From Scenedesmus sp. PABB004 (lineage: Eukaryota), in NCBI GenBank assembly GCA_014905635.1, contig JABVCE010000020.1, positions 682,001 through 737,270 of the forward strand: a stretch of 55,270 nt of DNA. Reading direction: 5' to 3'. The notes beneath the pieces were generated by a model. It was not told where the DNA came from, searched no databases, and saw only the letters and a list, made by a program, of their open reading frames with translations. Positions 1 to 12,717 of this stretch are shown here, in pieces. The position numbers and the translations under genes are program-made. Positions within the stretch are counted from its first letter, which is position 1. Each line of letters starts with the position of its first letter.

Positions 1-1187
1 CGCGTCGTCCTGGTGCCAAGGCGCGCGGGCAGGGGGCGGCGGGCACGGCTTCAGTCGCGTGCGAGGCCACGGTGGCCGCCGGAGGACCTCTTGCCGCCGC
101 GCCCCGCGGCGCCGCCGCACCTCCATCGTCCCCAGCGCCACGCCGCGGCGGTCCTGCAGCTCGGTGAGGCGCGCCGTGAAGCCCGCCATGTGGCGCGCCA
201 CGAGCGCGTGCTGCTCGCCGACGACCTGCAGGAAGCTCAGCACCGCCCTGCGGCACGGAGCGGGGAGGGCAGCGCGACCGTGGCGCTGGCCGCCGAGCCG
301 GCGCGCGCCCGGCGGGCGGCAGCCGTGGCGGCGGCGGCGGGCACGGCGCGGCGCGCGCCTGAAGCCGCGCTTGATGACGTGGGCGGGCACGAGGAGGTCT
401 GGGTTGTCCGCCAGGTCCAGCTGCGGCGCGCGGCAGGGCAACAGGCGGCACCGTGCGCGTGTGCTGGCCGCCATCGGCGCGGCGCAGCGTGCGAGGGCGG
501 GCGCTGCCTGCAGCGCGTGCGCCTCTCGGGCGCCGCCGCCGCGCCTGGCGCAGCTCGGCCAGCCACCCGACGTCCGCCGGGATGGCGCGCAGCCGGTTGC
601 CCGCAACGTTGAGCACCTGGGGGCCGTGCCGCGCGGGGCAGGTCAGGGCGGGCCATGCACGCCGCCGTCGCGGCCCGCGCCGTGCCCCGCACGCGCCTGC
701 AGGCCGGACATGCCTCCAATGCCCGCCGGGAGCTCGTCCAGCTCGTTGCGGCGCGCGTCCAGGCTGCGCATGGACGAGAGGGCGCAGAGCGCGTCGGGCA
801 GCGCGCGCAGCGCGTTGTGGCCGACCGACAGGACCTCGAGCAGCCGCAGGCAGCCGACGTCGTCGGGCAGGACGGCGATGCGGTTGTGCGACAGGTCGAG
901 GCTGCGCAGCTGGTTTATGTCAGGGAACAGGCCCTTTGGCACGACCTGCGAGCGCCGGCGGCGGCGGTTTCGGGCCGCGCGCGAGGCGGCGGGCGGTTGC
1001 TGGCGCCGCGGCCGCCGCGCCACGCGGCCGGCCGGCGCCGCGCCTCGATCTCGTTGTGCGAGAGGTCCAGCAGCTGCAGGCCCGACACCGCCATGACCTT
1101 GGCGGGCACGAACGTGAGGCCCGCGGAGCGCTTGACAAAGGCCGGCGGCGGCGCGTCGGCGTCCGCGGGCGCGGCCGCCGCGGCCAT
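1..1187 (-). CDS. Leucine-rich repeat protein, spliced, 3' end runs off the left edge of the window
   Basis: Exons encode LxxLDLSHNxI repeats (LQLLDLSHNEIE, LRSLDLSHNRIAVLPDDVGCLRLLEVLSVGHNALRALP, VLNVAGNRLRAIP, LDLADNPDL). ATG at 1187; several donors are AG|GCGC. Confidence 0.85.
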
Positions 1188-1829
1188 GCTGGTCAGCGGC
1201 GCTGCTCGACGCCCCACGGCGCGCGCGGGCGCCGCCCTGGCTGGCTGCGTGCTCGAGGAGCTGGTGGCCGCAACGGAAGAGCTGGTTCACGCCGCGCCGG
1301 GGAGCGCGGAGGCCGGACGCCGCGCGCCGGCGTGGCGTCGGCAGCGCGGGCGGCGGCGGCTCTGCGTGCGTGCGCGGCGGCGGCGGCGGCGGCGGTGTTG
1401 CGTTGAGACTGCGCACAGCCTGAACGCCTCCGCGTAGGGCGGGTTTTGCTGCTGCTGACCAGACGAACGCGCCGCGCTGCACCCCGGCGCCCTGGACGTC
1501 GCGCGCCCGTGCGCCGCCGCTGGCCCTCCAGTTGCCTGTTTGCCCGCCCACACTCTCTTCGCCCGGTCAGCGCCGCCGTTGGCGGACCTCGAGCAACAAC
1601 CGCACGAACGCCCGCCGCCCCCGCGGCCCCTGCACGCAGCCGCGAGCTCCACCGGCGCCCTCACCGGTCGCGGGGAGCGTACTTACCTTCTCCAGAACAG
1701 CGGCCGGCGGCGCCGGCGGCCCCACGCCGCGGCGCGGCGGTTGGCGCACCGCCGCTGCTCTCCGCTGCTCTGCGCGGGATGCGCTGTCGCTGAGGCCCGG
1801 CCCGTTCGCGCCTGAGAGGGGCCCTGGAC

Positions 1830-4800
1830 ATGCCTCCCTCGCCGGGCGGGGCCGGCGGCCACGAGGCGCGCATGGCGGAGCTCGCGGCGCGCCTGCACGC
1901 GTCGCTCGACCGCGGCGGCGGCGCCGGCACCGCGGCGGCCGCGCAGCGCGCCGCCGGGGCGGCGGCGCCGGGCGCGCTGGCGCCGCCGTCACCTTCGCCG
2001 CCACAGGCGGGCGGGCGCGCCGCGCCCGGCGGCCTGAGCAAGGGCCGCCTGGCGGGCGTGTTTGATGAGCTGCTCGCCGCCGACCAGGCGCAGCGCCTCG
2101 CCGCGCTCGGCGACGCGGCGGCGGCGCGCGAGCGCGAGGCGGCGGCGCTGCGTGCCGCGCTGGACGGCGCGGCCGCGGACGCCGCGCTGTGGCAGCAGCG
2201 CGCGGCGGCGGCCGAGGCCGCGGCGGCGCGCGGCGCGAGCGGCGCGGCGCTGCTGGAGGGCGAGCTCCGCCGCCTGCGGGGCGAGCACGAGGCCGCGACC
2301 GCGGCCGCGGCGTCCGCGGGCACCGCGCAGGCGTCCGCGGAGCGCGCGGCGGCGGCACGCGCCGCGGCCGCCGAGGCCCGCGCGGCGGAGGCCGACGCGG
2401 CGGCGGGCCGCCACCGGCGCGCGCTGGCGGCGGAGCACGCGGAGCTCGAGCGCGCGCGCGCCGCGGCGGCCGCGGCGGCGGTGGACGCGAGCGCCGCCGC
2501 GTCGGCGGCCGCGGCGCGCGAGGAGGGCCTGCGCCGCGAGCTCGGCGCCGCGCACGGCGAGGCTGTCGAGCTCAAGACGGCGCTCGCGGGCGAGCGCTCG
2601 GGCGCGGAGCTGCTGCGCGCCAAGCTCGCCGAGGCGGGCGCCGAGCTGGACGCCGCGGCGGCGGCCAAGGCAGGGCTCGCGTCGCAGGTGGCGCAGCTCG
2701 AGGCGATGCTGGCGGAGAGCGAGGCCGAGCGGCGGGCGCTGCGTGGCAAGTACATGTCCCTGGGTGAGCCGCGGCGGGGCTCGCAGCAGCGCGCAGCGCT
2801 GGGCAGCGGCGCCCGCGCGGCAGCGCTGCTGGCTGTGGGCCGCGAGCGTTGGCGGCGCGGCTGACCGCCCGCCCTCTGGCCTCGCTTGCCCGCCTGCCCG
2901 CCCCGCAGGCGACCGTGTGGAGGGCATGCTGGCGGACGAGGCCGCCGCGCAGCAGGCCGCGGCCGCGCAGGCCGCGGCGCTGCAGCAGCAGCTCGCCGAC
3001 GCGCGCGGCGAGGCGGCGTCCGCGGCCGCCGCGCTCGAGGCGCGCGGCCGCGAGCTGACGGAGGCGCAGGCGGCGCTGGTGGAGGCGGACCGGCTGCACG
3101 CGCGCGCGGTGCGCAAGCTGGAGCGGCGCCTGGTCGGGCTGGCCGCGGACTATGACGAGGCGCGCCAGGAGCTGCTGATCCGCGCGGCCGAGTCGCTGGA
3201 CCAGCAGTCGCAGATCAATGAGGCTGCCGCCGCGCACGAGCTGCAGATGACGGCGGCGCAGGAGCAGGCGCGCGGCGTCAGGGCGCCGGCGCCGGGGCAC
3301 GGCAGCGGCGCGGCCCGGCCGCTCTGCTGCTGCTGAGCCGCCGCGCCTGCGCCCGCGCGCCGCAGGTCGCGCTGCTGCGGCAGCAGCTGGAGGGCGCCGC
3401 GGCACGCGAGGCGCAGGTGCAGGCCGAGGCGGTGGCGGCGGCGCAGGACCGGCTGGAGCTGGAGCTGCAGCAGCAGCAGCTGAAGTATGAGCGCCAGATC
3501 CAGGTGCGGCCGGCGCCGTGTGCGCGGCAGCTGGCTCGCCCACGCGCGCGCGCATGTGGTGCCGCGCAGCCGCGCCGCTGACGCCGCCGCGGCCGCGCGC
3601 TGGCGGGCCCCAGGAGCTGGAGCTGCACAGCCGCTACGTGTCTGCGCTGGACGCGCTCGCCGGCCCGCTGGCCGCCGCCGGCGCGCGCGCCGCGCTGGAT
3701 CAGGCCGCCGACGGCGCCGGCGGCGGTGGCGGCGGCGGCGGCGCCGAGCCCGGGGGCGGCGTGGAGCGCTCGTTGGACGTATTTGACGCGCGGCTGCGCC
3801 GCACGCTCGCGGAGCATGTCAGCCGCGCAGAGGCGGCGGAGGTGCGCGCGCGGACACGCGCACGCACGCACCTGCCGGCGCGCGCCCAGCGGCGCCAGCT
3901 CTGACCCGGCGGTTGTCGCCACCGCGCCGCCTCCGCGCGGCGGCGCCGCAGGCGATGGAGTCCAAGCTGCTGTCGCTGCGGCGGGAGCTGTCGGCCGACT
4001 ACAAGCGCCGCCTCGACAGCCTCGAGGCGGAGTGGGGCCAGCGCTGCGCGGCGCGCGCTGCCGAGCTGGAGTCGGCGCACGCGCTCAAGCTGCAGCAGGC
4101 GCGCGACGGGGCGCCGGCACCGCGCCGCGCGCTGCGTGCGTGCTGGAGGGCGCGCGAGCGCGCCGCCTCGCTCACCGCTGCCCCGCACGGCGCCACGCAC
4201 GGGCGCAGGTGGAGCTGTCCGGCCGGCTCGAGCGGGAGCGGCTGGAGGCGCGAATGGCGGACGCGGCGGCGGCGAAGCAGCGCCTGCAGGAGCAGCTGGA
4301 CGCGGCGCAGCAGGTGCGGCGGCGAGGGGTTGCTCACGCGCCGCTGGGCGCTCCCACGCCGCGCTGCAGACCCCGCCCGCGCCGCGTTGCCGCCAGGAGC
4401 TCGCGCGCGCGACGCGGGAGGCGGGCCAGCAGCGCGCCGCGGCGGAGGAGGCGCGCGGCGCGCGGCAGCTGCTGCAGGCGCAGCTCGACCAGTCGGCGGC
4501 GTCGCTGCGTCAGCTGCAGGGCGTTGCCGCGCAGTTCAGCGGCGGCGCCAAGGGGGTGCGCGCCGCTGCCTCGCCGCGCGCGCGTGTGCGCGAGCGTGTG
4601 TCTGTGTGTGCGTGGGGGTGCTGCCGTCTCTGCGCGTCTCTGTTCTGACGTCGCACGCGCCCCGCCGCGCGCCGGGTGGCGCCCAGGACCGCGAGGTGAT
4701 TGCTGACCTCATGGCGCGCGTGGAGGCGCGCACCGGCGAGCGCAACGAGGCGATGCAGGCCGCCGCGGCGGCGGAGGCGCGCCTGCGGGTGCGCGGCGCG

Positions 4801-7800
4801 CGGGGCGGCGCGCCCGTGCGAGCGGAGCGCCGTGTGCCGCGCGGCGCGCCTGAAGCGCGCGCGCGCGTGCCGTGCGGCGTAGGCGGTCGAGTCGGAGCAG
4901 CTGCCCCGGCAGCAGCGCCAGCTGCAGGCGGCGGTGGACGCGGCGGACGCGGCGCGCGCGGTGGCGGAGGCCAAGCTGCGGCAGGCCGTGGCGGAGGCGG
5001 CCGAGGCAGCAGGTGCGCGGCGGCCCGCGAGCGCCGTGGCCGCTCGCCGCGCCCCGGCCTCCGCGCAGCGCTGGCGCTGACGCCGCCCTGCACGCACGCC
5101 CGCGCAGAGGCCGCGTCCGCGGCGCAGGCGGCCAGCGCGAGGCAGGCCAAGCGGCTGGCCGAGGAGAAGGCGCGGCTGCAGGAGAGCATGGACGAGGTGG
5201 GCGCCCGCACGCCGCGGCACCGCTCGCTCGCGCGCGGAGGTCCGCGCCGCGCCGCGAGCGCCCACGCCGCGCCGGCCCGCGACCCGCAGCTCACGTTGGC
5301 GCGCGTGTCGCTGGAGCAGCAGCTCTCGCTGGCGCAGGCCGAGGCGCGCAGCCTGGCGGGCCGGCTGCGCGACACCAGCCAGGCGCTGTCGCTCGCGCGG
5401 GAGGACGTCGCCGCGGCCGAGGCGCTGCTCGCGCAGCTGCGCGACGAGCGCAGCTCGCTCGTCGCGGTGCGGCGCGCAGCCGCCGCCGCGCGCCTGCCGC
5501 GCAGCCGTGCCGTGCCAGCTCGCCGTGCCGCGCCGGCCCGCGCTGCTCAGCGCGCCGCGCCGCTGCCCCCGCCGCCGCGGCCGCCGCGGCCGCCGCAGGC
5601 CAACGCGGAGCTGGGCGCCGCGCGTGCGCAGCTGAGCGGCCAGGTCGCGGTCGCCGCGGAGGACCAGCGGCGGCTCAGCCTGATGGTGCAGGGCCTGGAG
5701 ATGAGCAAGGCCGGCCTGCAGCGCAAGCTCACTGTGTGAGCGCGCCGCGCCGCGCCGGCGGGGCCTCGCCCCTGCGCGGGCTTGCCGCCCGGCGGCGGCG
5801 GCGCCGCGGCGCCGCGGCGCCCCGGCTTGCGTTGACGGCCGAACTGCACGCGCCTGGGGCCTGCCGCCGCCCGCCGCCGCAGCGTGGAGGCCGAGCGCGT
5901 CGCGGCGGTCCGCACCAGCGAGCTGCGCGCGTCGGCGCCGTCGTTCGCGGCAATGGCCGGCAGGCCCGGCGGCACCGGCGGCGGCGGCGCCACTGGCGGC
6001 GGCGCGCTGCGCGAGTCCCTCCTCGGCTCGCCGAGCGCCGCCGCGTCTGGCGGTGGCTTTGCCGGCTCGCTGCCCGGCAGCCCCGTGGCGGGGCTCGGCG
6101 GCGGCAGCGGCGGCGGCTTTTTTGGTGGCTTTCGGCGCAGCGTGCTGCGCGTGCACGAGTCGCCGCTGGAGGGCCTCGGCGGGCTGCCGGCGAGCCCGGG
6201 GCAGCAGCCGCCGCACATGCAGGCGCGCCCGCCGCCGCCCGGCGCTGGGCCGTGTGGCTGCCCCGCCCGCCCGGCCCGCGCGCTCGCACGCACGCTTACG
6301 CGCGCACACGCCGCGGCCCTGCAGGACCTGGAGGGCCTGCTGGCGCAGTTTGATGATGAGCGCCGCGCCATGCTGGCGAGGTGGGCGTGGTTGTACTAGC
6401 AGCGAGCACCGCGCCGCCGCGGCGGGCGAGCGCGCCTGCCTGCGCCAGCCCCGCGCCAGCCCAGCGCCGCGCCGCGGGCCCCCACCGCCTGACGCGGGCC
6501 GTCCTCGCGCGCGCGCGTGCCGCAGGTACGAGGCGTGCGACGCTGAGGCGGCCGGCCTGCGCCAGCAGCTCGCGGCCGCCACACTCCGCGCCAACGAGCT
6601 CGCCCTCAGCAACGAGGCGCTGCTGCGCAGCCTGGAGCGCCACAAGGGCGCCCTGCTGGTGGTGAGTGCGTGCGGGGGCCGGGAGGGGCTGCAGAGGACC
6701 GGCGCGCGCAGCATTTGGGCGCGCGCGACGAGCCGCCGCCGCTGCTGCCGCCCGCCGCGCAGGAGAGTCAGGCGGCCAGCGAGCTCACCGAAAAGGTGCT
6801 GAGCGACGTGCAGCGCAGCAGCAGCGACCTCGCGCAGCTCAACGCCTGGCTGCAGGTGCGGGCGTGGCGCGCGCGGGCGCGGGGGCGGGCGCGGTGCCCA
6901 CACTCGGGCGCGCGGCTGAGCTGCCGCCGCCCGCCGCCGCATCCTTGCTTGCCGCAGTCGGAGGTGGACGCCGCGCGGCGGGGGCACAGGGACGCGCTGG
7001 AGGCCACGAGCGCGGCAGAGAAGAAGGCGCTGCTCCTGGAGGTGTGGGGGCGGCGGGGCGGCCAGGTGTGGGGGCTGCGCCGTGCCTCACGAGTTTGCTG
7101 ACGCGCCGCGCAGGCCAAGGTGTCGGAGCTCGAGCGCGCCGCCGCGGGCGCCGCGGCCGACGCGGCGGCCGCGCACGGCGCGGCGCTGCACCGCCTGGAG
7201 GTGTCGAGCGGCCTCGCGCTGTCCAGCCTGCGCTCGCAGCTGGCACTGCTGTGCGACGAAGTGCAGGCGCAGCTGGCCAGCCTCGCGAAAGAGGAGGCGG
7301 GGCGCCTCGCCGCCGCGGCTGAGCGGTGAGCCGGCGCGGGGCGCTGCCGGGCCGGGGAGGGCGCGCCGGCGCGCGCGGCCGCCGCCGACCCCGCGCCGCT
7401 GGCTCCCAGGCACGCGGAGGAGCTGCAGGAGGCCAAAGACGCTGCGGCGGCGGCGGCCGAGGGCGCTGCAGCGGCGGCGGCCAAGGACGCCGCGGCAGCC
7501 GCGGCAGGCGCGGCAGCGGCGGAGGCGGCAGCGGCAGCCGCTGAGCAGCAGCACGCGCAGGAGGTGGCGCGGCTGCAGCGCGCGCTGGACGAGCAGGCCG
7601 CGGCGGCGGCGCAGCAGACCGAGGCCGCAGCGCAGGCGGCGGCGGCGGCGCAGCAGCAGCTGGCGGCGGTGCAGCAGCAGCTGGCGGTGGCGGTGCAGCA
7701 GGCCGAGGCGGCGGCGCAGCAGACCGAGGCGGCAGCTCAGCAGGCGGCGGAGCTGCGGGAGCGCCTGGCGAGCGTTGCGCGGGTGCTGCTGGACGCACTG

Positions 7801-9713
7801 CGCCTGCCGCAGGCCCTGGGCGGCCAGCAGCTGCAGCAGCAGGGCGGCGGCAGCCCCGGCGCACCGGGCAGCCCCTCGTGGCTGCAGCAGCAGCAGCAGC
7901 AGCTGCAGTTCCAGCCGTTCCAGCAGCCGCAGCTGCAGCAGCAGGGCTGGGGCTCGCCAGGCGGGGCCAGCCAGGCGCAGTGCCAGCACTGCGGCTCGCC
8001 GGCGGCGCCCGGCAGCCCCAGCGGATGCGGCGCCGCGTGGCTGCCGGAGGAGGCGGTTGAGTTGTCTGTTGGCCTCTGCGCCTCGCTCGCGGGGGCCAGC
8101 CCCGGCGGCGGCGGCCCGCGCGCGGAGGACGCCGCCGCCGCCGCGGCGTCGCTCGTCGCGGGGCTCTGCCAGCAGCTCGGCGCCGCGGCGGCGGCGGCGG
8201 CCGAGGCGCGCGCGGAGGGCGCGGCGCTGCTCGCCGACGGCGCGGCGCTCGCGGGCGACTTCACCGCCTGCGCGACCAACCTGCAGAGCCTCGTCGCGAC
8301 GCTGGCGTTCTGCATCCCCGTCGCGGACGAGGTGCAGCGGGGGCTCAACGCCAAGGACGCCGCCGAGTTTGACGCGCAGCTCGCCGCGCTGCACGACGTG
8401 CGTCCGCCGCAGCGGCGGCGCGCGCCCGCGGGGCCTCCGCGCCGCTGGCGCGGCCCGCGCGTGGCGGCCCCAGGGCGGGCGCTCCGGTGCCGCCGCCTGA
8501 CGCGCGTCGCGCCGCCGCGCCGCGCCCGCGCAGGCGATCCGGGCGCACGTGGAGTCGGAGAAGGCGCTGGCGGCGGCCGAGGCGGCCGACGCGGCGGCCG
8601 CGGGCCCCGTCGCGGCGCTGCGGTCACAGCTCGACGAGGCGCAGGCCGCGCTCGCGGAGGCGGCGGGCGCGCTGCGGCAGATCAAAGCGGAGCGGCAGGA
8701 GGACTTGGCCCGCTTCGAGGAGGGCCTGCACAGGTGCGAGGGGAGAGCGCCGCGCCGCGCCGCGCGAGTCGGCCGCGCGGCGCGGAGGCGGGGCAGCGGG
8801 CGCGCCTGCGGCGCCGCCACGCGAGCGCGCGGGCGAGCGGGGGCGCCGCCGCGCCGCACGCGCGCGCCTGCGCGCAGGGCGCGCACCGAGGCGGCCGAGG
8901 GCGCCGAGGTGGCACGCAAGGAGAGCCTGGCAGGGCTCAGGGCCGAGCTGGCGGCGATGAAGGCGCGTGGAGCGCTCGCGCGCCCGAGGGGGGCAAGGCG
9001 GGCGCGCCGCTCGCGCGGCGCGCGAGGGAGGGTGCGCGCCGGCGGGGGGCTGACGCGGCAGCCGCCGCCGCCGCCGCCGCCGGCGCAGGCCCAGCTGGCC
9101 GCGCTGCAGGAGGCGCACAGCTCCGAGGTCGCGACGCTGCAGGAGGCGTCGGCGAAGCAGCTCGCGAGCCACGTGCGCACCGCGGACGCGATCATCAAGG
9201 AGCTCGAGGCGGCAGCCGTGGGCCTGCACGTGGGTGCCGGGTGCTGGGCATGCGCGCGCGCGCACGGCTGCGCGGAGCGGGCCGCAGACGGAAGGGCAGC
9301 CGACGCCGGCCCCGCGCCGGCCCGCGCCGCCCCGGCGCGGCGCGCAGGGCCAGCTCGCGGCCGAGGTGGAGCGCGCAGACGGGTACAGCAAGGACCTGCG
9401 GCGCCTCGCGGCCGAAAAGGAGCGCGCGCTCGCGCTGGACGCGCGCAAGGAGCGCCGCCAGACGGGTGCGCGTGCGCGCACGCGCACAGGGAGGGGGAGG
9501 CGCCGCCGGCGCCGCCGCCGCCGCGCGAGTTCGAGCCCGCCGCCGCCCGCCACGCGCGTCTCAGGCGAGATCGAGGGCCTGCGCGAGCGCCTGCGCGACA
9601 TGGAGGAGCGCAGCCGCGAGAAGGAGGACGAAATGAAGGCGCTGAAGCGCAGCCTGCGGCAGCGGGAGCTCACGCTGCTCAGCAGCGCCGCGACGAGCGT
9701 CACTGACCGGTGA
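1830..9713 (+). CDS. Very long Ala/Glu/Gln-rich coiled-coil protein of unknown function, more than 20 exons
   Basis: A chain of heptad-rich exons bounded by GT/GC...AG (e.g. MESKLLSLRRELSADYKRRLDSLE, EIEGLRERLRDMEERSREKEDEMKALKRSL) ends at TGA 9713. No catalytic motif is seen, and it could be two genes. Confidence 0.65.
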
Positions 9714-9856
9714 ACCGCGGTCGTAACGTGTTTGTTTGACCGCCGGCCTTCTCGCCCGCCGGCGCTCGGTGATGCCCGCCCTCGCTCGCAGATTGCCAGC
9801 CCGCACTCACCGCGCTCCCGCCGCCGCCAGCCCGTGCGCCAGCGAGCGAGCGAGCG

Positions 9857-11853
9857 ATGGCGGCCCCGCCGTGCGCGAGCTGCGCGGCGCCGCGCGCCGC
9901 CGCGCTCTGCGCCGTGTGCGAGGGGCTTCACTGCAGGAACTGCTGCAAGAGATTCGTGTCCCTGGCGGAGGCGCCCACGGAGCTGGGTAGGCGGGGCGTG
10001 AGCGAGCGATGGCGCGGCGAGGGCGGCGGGACAGCAGCGCGCCGCTGCCGCCGCGCGCTCAAGCCTCCCCCAGCCCCACGCGCACCCCGCGCACCAGCGA
10101 GGTCAGCTCCTCAAGCTCGCTCACCGGCTCGCAGCAGCTGCGGCGCCCCGCACGCCGACCGCCGACCGCTGGCGCGCAGGCGACGCTGCTGGCGCCGCGC
10201 GCGCGCACGCGCTGCTCGTGCGCACTGCGGCGAGCGACGCGGCGGCGCCCCGCGCTGAGCTGCCGCCGCCGCGTGTGTCACAGTGCGCACGTGCAACGCG
10301 TGCTTCGTGAAGGCGGTCGCCTGGGACGCGAGCCGCACGCACGACGTGCTGGGCCCGGCTGACGGCCGCCCCGTGGTGCTCGTGCACGGCGCCCTGGTCG
10401 GGCGGCAGTGCCTGCTGCTCGAGGCCCGCGCGCTCGCGGCCGCGGGCTACCGCGTGCTCCTGCCCGACCTGCCGGCCCACGGCGCGCGCTTCGCCGACGG
10501 CGGCGCGCCGCTCACGCTCGACAGCGCGGTCGCGACGCTCGCCGAGCTCGTTAGGAAGGAGGCGGGCGGGCAGCGGGTGGGTGTCGTTGCGCACAGAGCC
10601 CGCGCGCGCGCGCGTGCGCCCGGCCACGCGCCCCGCGCGCGCGCGCCTCCTGCAAGCGTCCTGCGCGCGTCCGAGCCCTCCCCGCCGACAGGTGGTGGTC
10701 ATGGGCTTCTCGATGGGCGGCTTTGTCGCCGCCGCCTTCGCCGCGCGCCACCCCGACGCCTGCGCCGGCGTGCTGCTCGGCGCGTGCGCGCACGACGCCC
10801 ACACGGGTGCGGCGCGCCCGCTCCCGCGCGCCGCACGCGCGCGACGCCGCGACGCGCCCCGCGACGCCCGCGCCCGTGCGCCCCCCGCGCGCAGCCACGT
10901 GGCGGCTGGTGGGCTGGCTTTCGGAGCTGGTGTACCGCGTGTGCAGCGACGCGACCAAGGCCGGCTTCATCTACAGGTGACCGCGCATGACCGCGAGTGA
11001 CTGCGAATGACCGCGAATGACCGCGAATGACCGCGAGTGACTCCGGAGCTTGACCAGACTGAGGCTCCGCGCGGTCAGAGGCGCCCGCGCCCACCGACAC
11101 ACGCCCCCTCGGCCGCGCGCGCGCGCGCGCGCGCCCGCACCGTGCCCACCGGCCCGCAGCTCGTCGCGTGACATCATGGACAAGCGCCGGCCGGAGATCC
11201 AGGAGTGCTTCCTGCGCGCCGGCGCGGAGCCCGACGCGTGGCGCTTTGCCTGGCGGGTGCGCGCACGCGCCTCTCTCGAGCGCGCGCCGCCACCGCCGCC
11301 GCCAGCGCCTGCCGCGCCCCGCGGTCGCAGGTGATGCACGACGCGGACATGCGCGCGCTGCTGCCGGCGATCACGTGCCCCGCGCTGCTGGTGGTGGGTG
11401 AGAAGGACTTCAGGTGGGCGGGAGGGGCAGCACAGCCGGGCAGCACGGAGGCCGAGGCGCGCCCGCGCCAGCAGCCTCCGCGCCGCGCGCGCTGCGGCGC
11501 CGCCGGCGCCCACACGCGAGAGCGCGCGCGCGCGCCCGCGTGTCGACCGCGCCCGCAGGTCGCACGAGCGGCTCTGGGCGTCGCTGCTGCGGCGGGGGCG
11601 GCTGCTGGTGCTGGCCGGCGGGGTGCACCAGTTCATGTTTCAGCCGGGCGTGGTCGATGCCTTCCGCGTCGAGGCGCTGGCCTTTGCAGCCGCCGCTGAC
11701 TGGGGCGCGGTCGGGTCGGCGCGGCCCGCGGCGCCGGCGCAGGCGGAGGCGCCCGGCGCGGAGGCCGCGGCGAGCGGCGCGCCGGCGCGCGGCGGCGTGG
11801 GGCTCGGGGAGCTCTGGCGCAACGTCTGGGCGGTGCGCCGCGGCGCCGAGTGA
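9857..11853 (+). CDS. Alpha/beta-hydrolase with an N-terminal Cys-rich Zn-finger-like segment
   Basis: PVVLVHG, YRVLLPDLPAHG, nucleophile elbow GFSMGG, CPALLVVGEKD and C-terminal GGVH are present. The N-terminus reads CASC..CAVC..CRNCC..CNAC. Confidence 0.85.
10978..11042 (+). repeat. 10-bp tandem repeat (TGACCGCGA[A/G]) x~6 starting at an intron donor
   Basis: gtgaccgcgcatgaccgcgagtgactgcgaatgaccgcgaatgaccgcgaatgaccgcgagtgact. Confidence 0.9.
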
Positions 11854-12008
11854 CTTCAAGTGGCCACGCACGAAGCTTACTCGCTCGCTCACTCGCGCGC
11901 CGGCTCGCTCGCTCGCTTTCTGATGCGCGCTCGCGCCCGCTCGATCGACCCCCCCCCCTCGCCGCCAGCATGCGCCGCGGCGCCCAGCAGTCCAGGCCAG
12001 GCCCCCGC

Positions 12009-12682
12009 TCAAAAGGTGAACCCGTTTGCGGGCAGCGTGAGCTTGACCGTCGTGTGGCGCCGCCAGCTGTCGGTCTCCCACTCTGCGCGGCGGCGGCGGC
12101 GGCGGGCTCAGCCGCCGGCGCCCCGGCCCCAGCCAGAGCCCTGCGGCCTGAGCGCTAAGCCCTTCAAGCCCTAAGCCCTAAACCTGCCCCGCGCACCGAT
12201 GCTGCCGCCCATAAAGTGTGCGTAGACGCGCGCGAGCGGCACGCCGACGCCGATGCCCGAGAACGGCGAGCCGTGGTTGCGGCTGTAGCCGTACCTGGAC
12301 GCGCGCGCCGCCGGAAATGGGGGCGGCGGCGGGGCGGGGGCGGACTTGATGATGCGACGCGGCCGTGGGCGAGCGCGCGCGCGCCGGGTGGCCGCGGCGG
12401 GCTCCTCCCCCCGCCCCGCGCCGCTCCGTCGCCGCCTCACAGGCTGCTGCTGGGCTTGCTCTTGCTCCAAAAGTAGTCAAACATGTGCCCCGAGATCTCG
12501 CCCGAGGGGATGCCGTGCCCCATGTCAGTGACGGTGATCTCGACGCCCGGCGCCGCGCCGGCGGCGGCGGCGCCGCCGTCGGGCGCGGCCGCGGGCGCGG
12601 CGGGCAGGCGCGCGATGTCGACGGTGACGGGCGACGCGTCGTCGACCTCCCACGCGCCGTAGCGGTTGACCACCGCCTGCGC

Positions 12683-12717
<35 letters not shown>

